NCBI RefSeq assembly: GCF_032444005.1
Contig: NC_091283.1
Location: forward strand, 834,334,001-834,398,000
Length of the DNA stretch: 64,000 nt
Source: Ranitomeya imitator
Taxonomy: Eukaryota
Direction of reading: 5' to 3'
Positions 45,937 through 59,995 of the stretch are shown here, piece by piece. The notes beneath the pieces were generated by a model. The model was given only the letters and a program-made list of their open reading frames with translations. It was not told the origin of the DNA and ran no database searches. Position 1 is the first letter of the stretch. Each line of letters begins with the position of its first letter. The position numbers and the translations under genes are program-made.

Positions 45937-46730
45937 TGTTGTGAATTCTACTCCTGGGCTCCCTCCGGTGGTTGTAAGTGGCACTTTTGTGAGTTCTGCT
46001 CTTGGGCTCCCTCTTGTGGTTTCAAGTGGTAGGCTGCTCCTTGGAGTTAGCTGTTGTCAGCTGCCTCCACTTATCGTCTCCTCTCTCGCCTATTTTAGCA
46101 TGGCTGTTCCTTCAGCTAGTGCCACTTGTAAATGGTTCCTGGTTGGATTCACATCTCTTTGGAGTTCCCTGTTATCCTGACCAGTTCAGCAAAGCTAAGT
46201 TTTTGCTTACTTTTTCTGTCCATAGTTTGTGGACTTATCCATTCTGTGCTTTCTTTGTTTGTCCAGCATTATCAGTTTGAATTATTTTCTGTCTTGCTGG
46301 AAGCTCTGGGAAGCAGAGTGACCCTCCACACCTTTAGTCAGGTGTGGAGATTTTTTGTTTACTCTGCGTGGATTTTTGTAGTGTTTTATACTGACCGCAC
46401 AGTGTTCCATCCTGTCCTATCTATCAAGCTAGACTGGCCTCCTGTGCTCATCCTGGTTTCATTCTGTGTATGTCTTTTTCCTCTCCACTCACAGTCATTA
46501 TTTGTGGGGGGCTATCTATCCTTTGGGGATTTTCTCTGAGGCAAGATAGTTTTCCTGTTTCTGTCTTCAGGGGTAGTTAGCTCTTAGGCTGTGACGAGAT
46601 GCCTAGGGAGAGTTAGGAGCATTCCACGGCTGCTTCTAGTGTTGTGTTGAGCTTAGGGTCTGCGGTCAGTACAGTTACCACTTCCCTCAGAGCTCGTTCC
46701 ATGTTGCTCCTAGACCGCCGCATCATAACA
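45937..46730. mobile_element. LTR-like element (TGTTGTGAAT...CATAACA)
   Basis: TG/CA termini with short inverted ends; 40-bp duplication at 46681-46720 / 46731-46770; no clean TSD. Confidence 0.55.
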
Positions 46731-47014
46731 CTTCCCTCAGAGCTCATTCCATGTTGCTCCTAGACCGCCGCTGTAGGGATTCGGACAGAAATCCGAGAGT
46801 GGACCCTCTGGGTCGTGACTCTAGAGCCCCCGGGGTCGAGCGGACCAGATGGAATCACCCCCTATACAGGGAGTGTTAGGAGCAGGACTTCGGGGGAATG
46901 GAGACACAACAGCTAGAGCCAAAGGGACGACCCAAGAGAAAGAAGGAGACCACAGAGCTATAGAAATGGCGGGGAACAATAGGAAAACAGGACTTAACTG
47001 ATTATGACAGGAAC

Positions 47015-47358
47015 ACGAGACGATGCAGGACACGGCAGGAACTTAGGACTGGGCAGGACACGGCAGGAACACAGGACTTGGCAGGATACGGCAGGAACAC
47101 GGAACTTGGCAGGACACAGCAGGAACACGGAACTTGGCAGGACACAGCAGGAACACGGAACTTGGCAGGACACAGCAGGAACACGGAACTTGGCAGGACA
47201 CAGCAGGAACACGGAACTTGGCAGGACACAGCAGGAACACGGAACTTGGCAGGACACAGCAGGAACACGGAACTTGGCAGGACACAGCAGGAACACGGAA
47301 CTTAGCAGGACACAGCAGGAACACGGAACTAGGCAGGACACAGCAGGAACACAGGACT
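47015..47358. repeat. 28-nt repeat (GCAGGACACAGCAGGAACACGGAACTTG)n
   Basis: About 12 units, probably within an LTR-derived segment. Confidence 0.9.
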
Positions 47359-47440
47359 AGGCAAAGAGAGAACTAAGCAGGGAAAAGATACAAATACTGG
47401 GGAGCCTAGGGCATAGGGACACTGACGGCAGACAGTGCAC

Positions 47441-47999
47441 CTACACTCTAATCTCTATACCATACACTCTATACCCTACACTCTATAACATACATTCTAC
47501 ACCCTACAATCTATACCATACACTCTATACCCTACACTCTACACTCTATACCATACACTCTATACCCTACACTCTACACTTTATACCCTACACTCTATAC
47601 CCTACACTCTATAACCTACACTCTATACCCTACACGCTATACCCTACACACTATACCCTACACTCTATACCCTACACTATATACCCTACACTCTACACCC
47701 TACACTCTATACCCTACACCCTATACCCTACACTCTATACCCTAATCTCTACACCCTACACTCTATACCCTATACTCTATACCCTACACTCTATACCCTA
47801 CACTCTACACTCTATACCCTACACTCTATACCCTACACTCTATACCATACACTCTATACCATACACTTTATCCCCTACACTCTATACCATACACTCTACA
47901 CTCTATACCCTACACTCTATACCCTACACTCTGCACTCTATACCCTACGCTCTATAACCTACACTCTACACTCTATACCCTACACTCTACACTCTATAC
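47441..47999 (+). repeat. 14-bp satellite, C-rich orientation (CCCTACACTCTATA)n
   Basis: Direct inspection. Confidence 0.95.
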
Positions 48000-48000
48000 T

Positions 48001-49296
48001 AAACATATCACACTTTTCATCATAGTGCTTTTACCAATGCATAAAATGCATGGAGAAGTCATTTCGAATGACTGGTCCTCAGTGTTGTGAGAACGATGAC
48101 TGGTTAAAATTTTTGGTGGTTTCTTGTTCAGTCCATAGGCCTACATCATGTGGCAAACCGGTGAGCATGTGGCTCTATTAGTATAGGAGATACCTGAAAA
48201 CATATCACACTTTTCATCATAGTGCTTTTACCAATGCATAAAATGCATGGAGAAGTCATTTCGAATGACTGGTTCTCAGTGTTGTGAGAACGATGACTGG
48301 TTAAAATTTTTGGTGGTTTCTTGTTCAGTCCATAGGCCTACATCATGTGGCAAACCGGTGAGCATGTGGCTCTATTAGTATAGGAGATACCTGAAAACAT
48401 ATCACACTTTTCATCATAGTGCTTTTACCAATGCATAAAATGCATGGAGAAGTCATTTCGAATGACTGGTCCTCAGTGTTGTGAGAACGATGACTGGTTA
48501 AAATTTTTGGTGGTTTCTTGTTCAGTCCATAGGCCTACATCATGTGGCAAACCGGTGAGCATGTGGCTCTATTAGTATAGGAGATACCTGAAAACATATC
48601 ACACTTTTCATCATAGTGCTTTTACCAATGCATAAAATGCATGGAGAAGTCATTTCGAATGACTGGTCCTCAGTGTTGTGAGAACGATGACTGGTTAAAA
48701 TTTTTGGTGGTTTCTTGTTCAGTCCATAGGCCTACATCATGTGGCAAACCGGTGAGCATGTGGCTCTATTAGTATAGGAGATACCTGAAAACATATCACA
48801 CTTTTCATCGTAGTGCTTTTACCAATGCATAAAATGCATGGAGAAGTCATTTCGAATGACTGGTCCTCAGTGTTGTGAGAACGATGACTGGTTAAAATTT
48901 TTGGTGGTTTCTTGTTCAGTCCATAGGCCTACATCATGTGGCAAACCGGTGAGCATGTGGCTCTATTAGTATAGGAGATACCTGAAAACATATCACACTT
49001 TTCATCATAGTGCTTTTACCAATGCATAAAATGCATGGAGAAGTCATTTCGAATGACTGGTCCTCAGTGTTGTGAGAACGATGACTGGTTAAAATTTTTG
49101 GTGGTTTCTTGTTCAGTCCATAGGCCTACATCATGTGGCAAACCGGTGAGCATGTGGCTCTATTAGTATAGGAGATACCTGAAAACATATCACACTTTTC
49201 ATCATAGTGCTTTTACCAATGCATAAAATGCATGGAGAAGTCATTTCGAATGACTGGTCCTCAGTGTTGTGAGAACGATGACTGGTTAAAATTTTT
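48001..49296. repeat. 197-bp tandem satellite, about 6.6 near-identical copies
   Basis: AAACATATC at 48001, 48198, 48395, 48592, 48789, 48986 and 49183. Confidence 0.97.
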
Positions 49297-49299
49297 ATA

Positions 49300-52200
49300 T
49301 ATAGTATATAGGGTATAGAGTGTAGGGTATAGTGTGTAGGGTATAGCGTGTAGGGTATAGAGTGTAGGTTATAGAGTGTAGGGTATAGAGTGTAGGGTAT
49401 AAAGTGTAGAGTGTAGGGTATAGAGTGTATGGTATAGAGTGTAGAGTGTAGGGTATAGAGTGTATGGTATAGATTGTAGGGTGTAGAATGTATGTTATAG
49501 AGTGTAGGGTATAGAGTGTATGGTATAGAGATTAGAGTGTAGGGTATAGAGTGTAGGGTATAGAGTGTAGGGAATAGAGTGTAGAGTGTAGGGTATATAG
49601 TGTATGGTATAGAGTGTAGGGTGTAGAGTGTAGGGTATAGAGTGTAGGGTATAGAGTGTAGGGTATAGAGTGTAGAGTGTAGGGTATAGAGTGTATGGTA
49701 TAGAGTGTAGGGTATAGAGTGTAGGGTATAGAGTGTAGAGTATAGAGTGTAGGGTATAGAGTGTAGAGTGTAGCGTATAGAGTGTAGGGTATAGAGTGTA
49801 GGGTATAGAGTGTAGGGTATAGTGTGTATGGTATAGAGTTTAGGGTATAGAGTGTATGGTATAGAGCGTAGGGTATAAAGTGTAGAGTGTAGGGTATAGA
49901 GTGTAGTGTATAGAGTGTAGATTGTAGGGTATAGAGTGTAGGGTATATAGTGTAGAGTGTATGGTATAGAGTGTAGGGTATAGAGTGTATGGTATAGAGT
50001 GTATGGTATAGCGTGTAGGGTATGGAGTGTAAGGTATAGAGTGTAGAGTGTAGGGTATAGAGTGTAGGGTATAGAGTGTAGAGTGTATGGTATAGAGTGC
50101 AGGGGATAGAGTGTAGAGTGTGAGGTATAGAGTGTAGGGTATAGAGTGTATGGTATAGAGTGTATGGTATAGATTGTAGGGTATAGAGTGTAGGGTGTAG
50201 AGTGTAGAGTGTAGGGTATAGAGTGTAGAGTGTAGGGTATAGAGTGTAGGGTATAGAGTGTAGAATGTATGGTATAGAGTGCAGGGGATAGAGTGTAGAG
50301 TGTGAGGTATAGAGTGTAGGGTATAGAGTGTATGGTATAGAGTGTATGGTATAGATTGTAGGGTATAGAGTGTAGGGTATAGACTGTAGAGTGTAGGGTA
50401 TAGAGTGTAGAGTGTAGGGTATAGAGTGTAGGGTATAGAGTGTAGAGTGTATGGTATAGAGTGCAGGGGATAGAGTGTAGAGTGTGAGGTATAGAGTGTA
50501 GGGTATAGAGTGTATGGTATAGAGTGTATGGTATAGATTGTAGGGTATAGAGTGTAGGGTATAGGCTGTAGAGTGTAGGGTATAGAGTGTAGAGTGTAGG
50601 GTTTAGAGTGTAGGGTATAGAGTGTAGGGTATAGCGTGTAGAGTGTAGGGGAAAAAAAGGGTAGGGTATAGAGTGTATGGTATAGAGTGTATGGTATAGA
50701 TTGTAGGGTATAGAGTGTAGGGTATAGAGTGTAGAGTGTAGGGGATAGAGTGTAGAGTGTGAGGTATAGAGTGTAGGGTATAGAGTGTATGGTAAGGAGT
50801 GTATGGTATAGATTGTAGGGTATAGAGTGTAGGGTATAGAGTGTAGAGTGTAGGGTATAAAGTGTAGAGTGTAGGGTATAGAGTGTAGAGTGTAGGGTAT
50901 AGAATGTAGGGTATAGAGTGTAGAGTGTATGGTATAGAGTGCAGGGGATAGAGTGTAGAGTGTGAGGTATAGAGTGTAGGGTATAGAGTGTATGGTATAG
51001 AGTGTATGGTATAGATTGTAGGGTATGGAGTGTAGGGTATAGAGTGTAGATTGTAGGGTATAGAGTGTAGAGTGTAGGGTATAGAGTGTAGGGTATAGAG
51101 TGTTGAGTGTAGGGTATAGAGGGTAGGGTATAGAGTGTATGGTATAGAGAGTATGGTATAGATTGTAGGGTATAGAGTGTAGGGTATAGAGTGTAGAGTG
51201 TAGGGTATAGAGTGTAGAGTGTATGGTATAGAGTGCAGGGGATAGAGTGTAGAGTGTGAGGTATAGAGTGTAGGGTATAGAGTGTATGGTATAGAGTGTA
51301 GGGTATAGAGTGTAGGGTATAGAGTGTAGGGTATAGAGTGTAGGGTGTAGAGTGTATGGTATAGAGTGTATGGTATAGATTGTAGGGTATAGAGTGTAGG
51401 GTATAGAGTGTAGAGTGTAGGGTATAGAGTGTAGAGTGTAGGGTATAGAGTGTAGGGTATAGAGTGTAGGGTTTAGAGTGTAGGGTATAGAGTGTAGAGT
51501 GTATGGTATAGAGTGCAGGGGATAGAGTGTAGAGTGTGAGGTATAGAGTGTAGGGTATAGAGTGTATGGTATAGAGTGTATGGTATAGATTGTAGGGCAT
51601 AGAGTGTAGGGTATAGAGTGTAGAGTGTAGGGTATAGAGTGTAGAGTGTAGGGTATAGAGTGTAGGGTATAGAGTGTATGGTATAGAGTGTATGGTATAG
51701 ATTGTAGGGTATAGAGTGTAGGGTATAGAGTGTAGAGTGTAGGGTATAGAGTGTAGAGTGTAGGTTATAGAGTGTAGGGTATAGAGTGCAGAGTGTAGGG
51801 TATAGAGTGTAGGGTATAGAGTGTAGAGTGTATGGTATAGAGTGTAGGGGATAAAGTGTATGGTATAGAGTGTATGGTATAGAGTGTAGGGTATAGAGTG
51901 TAGGGTATAGAGTGTAGAGTGTGAGGTATAGAGTGTAGGGTATAGAGTGTATGGTATAGAGTGTATGGTATAGATTGTAGGGTATAGAGTGTAGGGTATA
52001 GAGTGTAGATTGTAGGGTATAGAGTGCAGAGTGTAGGGTATAGAGTGTAGGGTATAGAGTGTAGGGTATAGAGTGTAGAGTGTAGGGTATAGAGGGTAGG
52101 GTATAGAGTGTATGGTATAGAGTGTATGGTATAGATTGTAGGGTATAGAGTGTAGGGTATAGAGTGTAGAGTGTATGGTGTAGAGTGTAGAGTGTATGGT

Positions 52201-55200
52201 ATAGAGTGCAGGGGATAGAGTGTAGAGTGTGAGGTATAGAGTGTAGGGTATAGAGTGTAGGGTATAGAGTGTAGGGTATAGAGTGTAGGGTATAGAGTGT
52301 AGGGTGTAGAGTGTATGGTATAGAGTGTATGGTATAGATTGTAGGGTATAGAGTGTAGGGTATAGAGTGTAGAGTGTAGGGTATAGAGTGTAGAGTGTAG
52401 GGTATAGAGTGTAGGGTATAGAGTGTAGAGTGTGAGGTGTAGAGTGTAGGTTATAGAGTGTAGAGTGTATGGTATAGAGTGCAGGGGATAGAGTGTAGAG
52501 TGTGAGGTATAGAGTGTAGGGTATAGAGTGTATGGTATAGAGTGTATGGTATAGATTGTAGGGCATAGAGTGTAGGGTATAGAGTGTAGAGTGTAGGGTA
52601 TAGAGTGTAGAGTGTAGGGTATAGAGTGTAGGGTATAGAGTGTATGGTATAGAGTGTATGGTATAGATTGTAGGGTATAGAGTGTAGGGTATAGAGTGTA
52701 GAGTGTAGGGTATAGAGTGTAGAGTGTAGGGTATAGATTGCAGAGTGTAGGGTATAGAGTGTAGGGTATAGAGTGTAGAGTGTATGGTATAGAGTCTAGG
52801 GGATAAAGTGTATGGTATAGAGTGTATGGTATAGAGTGTAGGGTATAGAGTGTAGGGTATAGAGTGTAGAGTGTAGGGTATAGAGTGTAGGGTATAGAGT
52901 GTAGGGTATAGAGTGTAGAGTGTAGAGATTAGGGTATAGAGTGTAGGGTATAGGGTGTAGGGTATAGAGTGTAGGGTGTAGAGTGTAGGGTATATAGTGT
53001 AGGGTATAGAGTGTAGGGTATAGAGTGTAGGGTATAGCGTGTAGGGTATAGAGTGTAGGTTATAGAGTGTAGGGTATAGAGTGTAGGGTATAAAGTGTAG
53101 AGTGTAGGGTATAGAGTGTATGGTATAGAGTGTAGAGTGTAGGGTATAGAGTGTATGGTATAGATTGTAGGGTGTAGAATGTATGTTATAGAGTGTAGGG
53201 TATAGAGTGTATGGTATAGAGATTAGAGTGTATGGTATAGAGTGTAGGGTATAGAGTGTAGGGTATAAAGTGTAGGGTGTAGAGTGTATGGTATAGAGTG
53301 TAGGGTATAGTGTGTAGAGTGTAGGGTATAGAGTGTAGAGTATAAAGTGTAGGGTATAGAGTGTATGTTGTAGAGTGTAGAGTATAGAGTGTAGAGTTTA
53401 GGGTATAGAGTGTAGAGTGTAGGGTATAGAGTGTAGGGTATAGAGTGTAGGGTATTGAGTGTAGGGTATAGAGTGTAGAGTGTAGGGTATAGAGTGTATG
53501 GTATAGAGTGTAGGGTATAGAGTGTAGGGTATAGAGTGTAGAGTATAAGGTGTAGGGTATAGAGTGTAGAGTGTAGCGTATAGAGTGTAGGGTATAGAGT
53601 GTAGGGTATAGAGTGTAGGGTATAGTGTGTATGGTATAGAGTTTAGGGTATAGAGTGTATGGTATAGAGCGTAGGGTATAGAGTGTAGAGTGTAGGGTAT
53701 AGAGTGTAGTGTATAGAGTGTAGATTGTAGGGTATAGAGTTTAGGGTATATAGTGTAGAGTGTATGGTATAGAGTGTAGGGTATAGAGTGTATGGTATAG
53801 AGTGTATGGTATAGCGTGTAGGGTATGGAGTGTAAGGTATAGAGTGTAGAGTGTAGGGTATAGAGTGTAGGGTATAGAGTGTAGAGTGCATGGTAATAGA
53901 GTGCAGGGGATAGAGTGTAGAGTGTGAGGTATAGAGTGTAGGGTATAGAGTGTATGGTATAGAGTGTATGGTATAGATTGTAGGGTATAGAGTGTAGGGT
54001 ATAGAGTGTAGAGTGTAGGGTATAGAGTGTAGAGTGTAGGGTTTAGAGTGTAGGGTATAGAGTGTAGGGTATAGAGTGTAGAGTGTAGGGTATAGAGGGT
54101 AGGGTATAGAGTGTATGGTATAGAGTGTATGGTATAGATTGTAGGGTATAGAGTGTAGGGTATAGAGTGTAGACTGTAGGGGATAGAGTGTAGAGTGTGA
54201 GGTATAGAGTGTAGGGTATAGAGTGTATGGTAAGGAGTGTATGGTATAGATTGTAGGGTATAGAGTGTAGGGTATAGAGTGTAGAGTGTAGGGTATAAAG
54301 TTTAGAGTGTAGGGTATAGAGTGTAGGGTATAGAGTGTAGAGTGTAGGGTATAGAATGTAGGGTATAGAGTGTAGAGTGTATGGTATAGAGTGCAGGGGA
54401 TAGAGTGTAGAGTGTGAGGTATAGAGTGTAGGGTATAGAGTGTATGGTATAGAGTGTATGGTATAGATTGTAGGGTATAGAGTGTAGGGTATAGAGTGTA
54501 GATTGTAGGGTATAGAGTGTAGAGTGTAGGGTATAGAGTGTAGGGTATAGAGTGTAGAGTGTAGGGTATAGAGGGTAGGGTATAGAGTGTATGGTATAGA
54601 GTGTATGGTATAGATTGTAGGGTATAGAGTGTAGGGTATAGAGTGTAGAGTGTAGGGTATAGAGTGTAGAGTGTATGGTATAGAGTGCAGGGGATAGAGT
54701 GTAGAGTGTGAGGTATAGAGTGTAGGGTATAGAGTGTATGGTATAGAGTGTAGGGTATAGAGTGTAGGGTATAGAGTGTAGGGTATAGAGTGTAGGGTAT
54801 AGAGTGTAGAGTGTAGGGTATAGAGTGTAGAGTGTATGGTATAGAGTGCAGGGTATAGAGTGTAGAGTGTGAGGTATAGAGTGTAGGGTATAGAGTGTAT
54901 GGTATAGAGTGTAGGGTATAGAGTGTAGGGTATAGAGTGTAGGGTATAGAGTGTAGGGTGTAGAGTGTATGGTATAGAGTGTATGGTATAGATTGTAGGG
55001 TATAGAGTGTAGAGTGTAGGGTATAGAGTGTAGAGTGTAGGGTATAGAGTGTAGGGTATAGAGTGTAGGGTGTAGAGTGTAGGGTATAGAGTGTAGAGTG
55101 TATGGTATAGAGTGCAGGGGATAGAGTGTAGAGGGTGAGGTATAGAGTGTAGGGTATAGAGTGTATAGTATAGAGTGTATGGTATAGATTGTAGGGCATA

Positions 55201-58200
55201 GAGTGTAGGGTATAGAGTGTAGAGTGTAGGGTATAGAGTGTAGAGTGTAGGGTATAGAGTGTAGGGTATAGAGTGTATGGTATAGAGTGTATGGTATAGA
55301 TTGTAGGGTATAGAGTGTAGGGTATAGAGTGTAGCGTGTAGGGTATAGAGTGTAGGTTATAGAGTGTAGGGTATAGAGTGCAGAGTGTAGGGTATAGAGT
55401 GTAGGGTATAGAGTGTAGAGTGTATGGTATAGAGTGTAGGGGATAAAGTGTATGGTATAGAGTGTATGGTATAGAGTGTAGGGTATAGAGTGTAGGGTAT
55501 AGAGTGTAGAGTGTAGGGTATAGAGTGTAGGTTATAGAGTGTAGGGTATAGAGTGTAGGGTGTAGAGATTAGGGTATAGAGTGTAGGGTATAGGGTGTAG
55601 GGTATAGAGTGTAGGGTGTAGAGTGTAGGGTATATAGTGTAGGGTATAGAGTGTAGGGTATAGCGTGTAGGGTATAGAGTGTAGGTTATAGAGTGTAGGG
55701 TATAGAGTGTAGGGTATAAAGTGTAGAGTGTAGGGTATAGAGTGTATGGTATAGAGTGTAGAGTGTAGGGTATAGAGTGTATGGTATAGATTGTAGGGTG
55801 TAGAATGTATGTTATAGAGTGTAGGGTATAGAGTGTATGGTATAGAGATTAGAGTGTAGGGTATAGAGTGTAGGGTGTAGAGTGTATGGTATAGAGTGTA
55901 GGGTATAGTGTGTAGGGTATAGAGTGTAGGGTATAGAGTGTAGGGTATAGAGTGTATGTTGTAGAGTGTAGAGTATAGAGTGTAGAGTTTAGGGTATAGA
56001 GTGTAGAGTGTAGGGTATAGAGTGTAGGGTATAGAGTGTAGGGTATTGAGTGTAGGGTATAGAGTGTAGAGTGTAGGGTATAGAATGTATGGTATAGAGT
56101 GTAGGGTATAGAGTGTAGGGTATAGAGTGTAGAGTGTAGGGTATAGAGTGTAGGGTATAGAGTGTAGGGTATAGAGTGTAGGGTGTAGAGATTAGGGTAT
56201 AGAGTGTAGGGTATAGCGTGTAGGGTATAGAGTGTAGGTTATAGAGTGTAGGGTATAGAGTGTAGGGTATAAAGTGTAGAGTGTAGGGTATAGAGTGTAT
56301 GGTATAGAGTGTAGAGTGTAGGGTATAGAGTGTATGGTATAGATTGTAGGGTGTAGAATGTATGTTATAGAGTGTAGGGTATAGAGTGTATGGTATAGAG
56401 ATTAGAGTGTAGGGTATAGAGTGTAGGGTATAGAGTGTATGGTATAGAGATTAGAGTGTAGGGTATAGAGTCTAGGGTATAGAGTGTAGAGTGTAGGGTA
56501 TAGAGTGTATGGTATAGAGTGTAGGGTATAGAGTGTAGGGTATAGAGTGTAGGGTGTAGAGTGTATGGTATAGAGTGTAGGGTATAGTGTGTAGAGTGTA
56601 GGGTATAGAGTGTAGGGTATAGAGTGTAGGGTATAGAGTGTATGTTGTAGAGTGTAGAGTATAGAGTGTAGAGTTTAGGGTATAGAGTGTAGAGTGTAGG
56701 GTATAGAGTGTAGGGTAAAGAGTGTAGGGTATTGAGTGTAGGGTATAGAGTGTAGAGTGTAGGGTATAGAATGTATGGTATAGAGTGTAGGGTATAGAGT
56801 GTAGGGTATAGAGTGTAGAGTATAGAGTGTAGGGTATAGAGTGTAGAGTGTAGCGTATAGAGTGTAGGGTATAGAGTGTAGGGTATAGTGTGTATGGTAT
56901 AGAGTTTAGGGTATAGAGTGTATGGTATAGAGCGTAGGGTATAGAGTGTAGAGTGTAGGGTATAGAGTGTAGGGTATAGAGTGTAGATTGTAGGGTATAG
57001 AGTGTAGGTTATATAGTGTAGAGTGTATGGTATAGAGTGTAGGGTATAGAGTGTATGGTATAGAGTGTATGGTATAGCGTGTAGGGTATGGAGTGTAAGG
57101 TATAGAGTGTAGAGTGTAGGGTATAGTGTGTAGGGTATAGAGTGTAGGGTATAGAGTGTAGGGTATAGAGTGTAGGGTGTAGAGTGTAGAGTATAGAGTG
57201 TAGGGTATAGAGTGTAGGGTATAGAGTGTAGAGTATAGAGTGTAGGGTATAGCCTGTAGAGTATAGAGTGTAGGGTATAGAGTATAGAGTGTAGGGTATA
57301 GAGTGTAGGGTATAGAGTGTAGGGTATAGAGTGTAGAGTGTAGGGTATAGAGTGTAGAGTATAGAGTGTAGGGTATAGAGTGTAGGGTATAAAGTGTAGA
57401 GTGTAGGGTATAGAGTGTAGGGTATAGAGTGTAGGCTATAGAGTGTAGAATATAGAGTGTAGAGTGTAGGCTGTACAGTGTAGGGTACAGAGTGTAAGTT
57501 ATAGAGTGTAGGGTATAGAGTGTATGTTATAGAGTGTAGGGTATAGAGTGTAGAGTGTAGGGTATAGAGTGTAGGGTATAGAGTGTAGGGTATAGAGTGT
57601 ATGGTATAGAGTGTAGGGTATAGAGTGTAGGGTATAGATTGTAGGGTATAGAGTGTAGAGTGTAGGGTATAGAGTGTAGAGTATAGAGTGTAGAGTGTAG
57701 GGTGTACAGTGTAGGGTACAGAGTGTAAGTTATAGAGTGTAGGGTATAGAGTGTATGTTATAGAGTGTAGGGTATAGAGTGTAGAGTGTAGGGTATAGAG
57801 TGTAGGGTATAGAGTGTATGGTATAGAGTGTAGGGTATAGAGTGTAGGGTATAGATTGTAGGGTATAGAGTGTAGAGTGTAGGGTATAGAGTGTAGGGTA
57901 TAGAGTGTATGGTATAGAGTGTAGAGTGTAGGGTATAGAGTGTATAGTGTAGGGCATAGAGTGTAGGGTATAGAGTAAAGGGTATAGAGTGTATGGTATA
58001 GAGTGTAGGGTATAGAGTGTAGGGTATAGAGTGTAGGGTATAAAGTGTAGAGTGTAGGGTATAGAGTGTAGGGTATAGAGTGTACGGTATAGAGTGTAGA
58101 GTGTAGGGTGTAGACTGTAGGATATAGAGTGTAAGGTATAGAGTGTAGGGTATAGAGTGTATGTTATAGAGTGTAGGGTATAGAGTGTAGAGTGTAGGGT

Positions 58201-59995
58201 ATAGAGTGTAGGGTATAGAGTGTAGGGTATAGATTGTATGGTATAGAGTGTAGGGTATAGAGTGTAGGGTATAGAGTGTAGGGTATAGATTGTAGGGTAT
58301 AGAGTGTAGAGTGTAGGGTATAGAGTGTAGAGTATAGAGTGTATGGTATAGAGTGTAGAGTGTAGGGTATAGAGTGTATAGTGTAGGTTATAGAGTGTAG
58401 GGTATAGAGTAAAGGGTATAGAGTGTATGGTATAGAGTGTAGGGAATAGAGTGTAGAGTGTAGGGTATATAGTGTATGGTATAGAGTGTAGGGTATAGAG
58501 TGTAGAGTGTAGGGTATATAGTGTAGGGTATAGAGTGTAGGGTATAGAGTGTAGGGCATAGAGTGTAGGGTATAGAGTGTAGAGTGTAGGGTATATAGTG
58601 TAGGGTATAGAGTGTAGGGTATAGAGTGTAGGGTATAGAGTGTAGAGTGTAGGGATTAGAGTGTAGGGTATAGAATGTAGGGTATAGAGTGTAGAGTGTA
58701 GGGTATAGAGTGTAGGGTATAGAGTGTAGGCTATAGAGTGTAGGGTATAGAGTGTAAAGTGTAGAGTGTAAGGTATAGAGTGTAGAGTGTAGGGTATAGA
58801 GTGTAGGGTATAGAGTGTATGGAATAGAGTGTAGGGTATAGAATGTAGAGTGTAGGGTATAGAGTGTAGGGTATAGAGCGTAGGGTGTAGGGTATAGAGT
58901 GTAAGGTATAGAGTGTAGGGTATAGAGTGTAGAGTGTAGGGTATAGAGTGTATGGTATAGAGTGTAGGGTGTAGAGTGTAGGGTATAGAGTGTAGAGTGT
59001 AGGGTATAGAATGTAGGGTATAGAGTGTATGGTATACAGTGTAGAGTGTAGGGTATAGAGTGTATAGTGTAGGGTATAGAGTGTCGGGTATAGAGTGTAG
59101 GGTATAGAGCGTATGGTACAGAGTGTAGGGTATAGAGTGTAGAGTGTAGGGTATAGAGTGGAGGGTATGGAGTGTAGGGTATAGAGTGTAGGGTATAGAG
59201 TTTAGGGTATAGAGTGTAGGGTATAGAGTGTAGAGTGTAGGGTATAGAGTGCAGGGTATAGAGTGTAGGGTATAGAGTGTAGAGTATAGAGTGTAAGGTA
59301 TAGAGTGTAGGGTATAGAGTGTAGAGTGTAGGGTATAGAGTGTAGGGTATAGAGTGTAGGGTATAGAGTGTAGAGTGTAGGGTATAGAGTGTATGGTATA
59401 GAGTGTAGGGTATAGAGTGTAGAGTGTAGGGTATAGAGTGTAGGGTATAGAGTGTAGGGTATAGAGTGTAGAGTGTAGGGTATAGATTGTAGGGTATAGA
59501 GTGTAGGGTATAGAGTGTAGGGTATAGAATGTAGGGTTTAGAGTGTAGGGTATAGAGTGTAGGGTATAGAGTGTACAGTGTAGGGTATAGAGTGTAGGGT
59601 ATGGATTGTATGGTATAGAGTGTAGAGTATAGAGTGTAGGGTATAGAGTTTAGAGTGTACTGATTACAGTGTAGGGTATAGAGTGTAGGGTATAGAATGT
59701 ATGGAATAGAGTGTAGGGTATAGAGTATAGAGTGTAGGGTATAGAGTGTAGGGTATAGAGCGTAGGGTGTAGGGTATAGAGTGCAGGGTATAGAGTGTAG
59801 AGTGTAGAGTGTAGGGTATAGAGTGTAGAGTGTAGGGTATAGAGTGTAGGGTATAGAGTGCATGGAATAGAGTGTAGAGTGTAGGGTATAGAGTGTAGGG
59901 TATAGAGTGTATGGTATAGAGTGTAGGGAATAGAGTGTATGGTATAGAGTGTACTGATTACAGTGTAGGGTATAGAGTGTAGGGTATAGAATGTA
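49300..59995 (-). repeat. 14-bp satellite, G-rich on the plus strand (TATAGAGTGTAGGG)n, with 7-bp sub-period and kb-scale higher-order blocks
   Basis: Variant markers recur, e.g. AGCGTAGGG near 49865, 53668 and 56931. Confidence 0.97.

Noticed and set aside
49300-59995. True interstitial telomere (TTAGGG)n
   Set aside because: Only isolated TTAGGG hexamers within 14-mer variants; no tandem canonical repeats.
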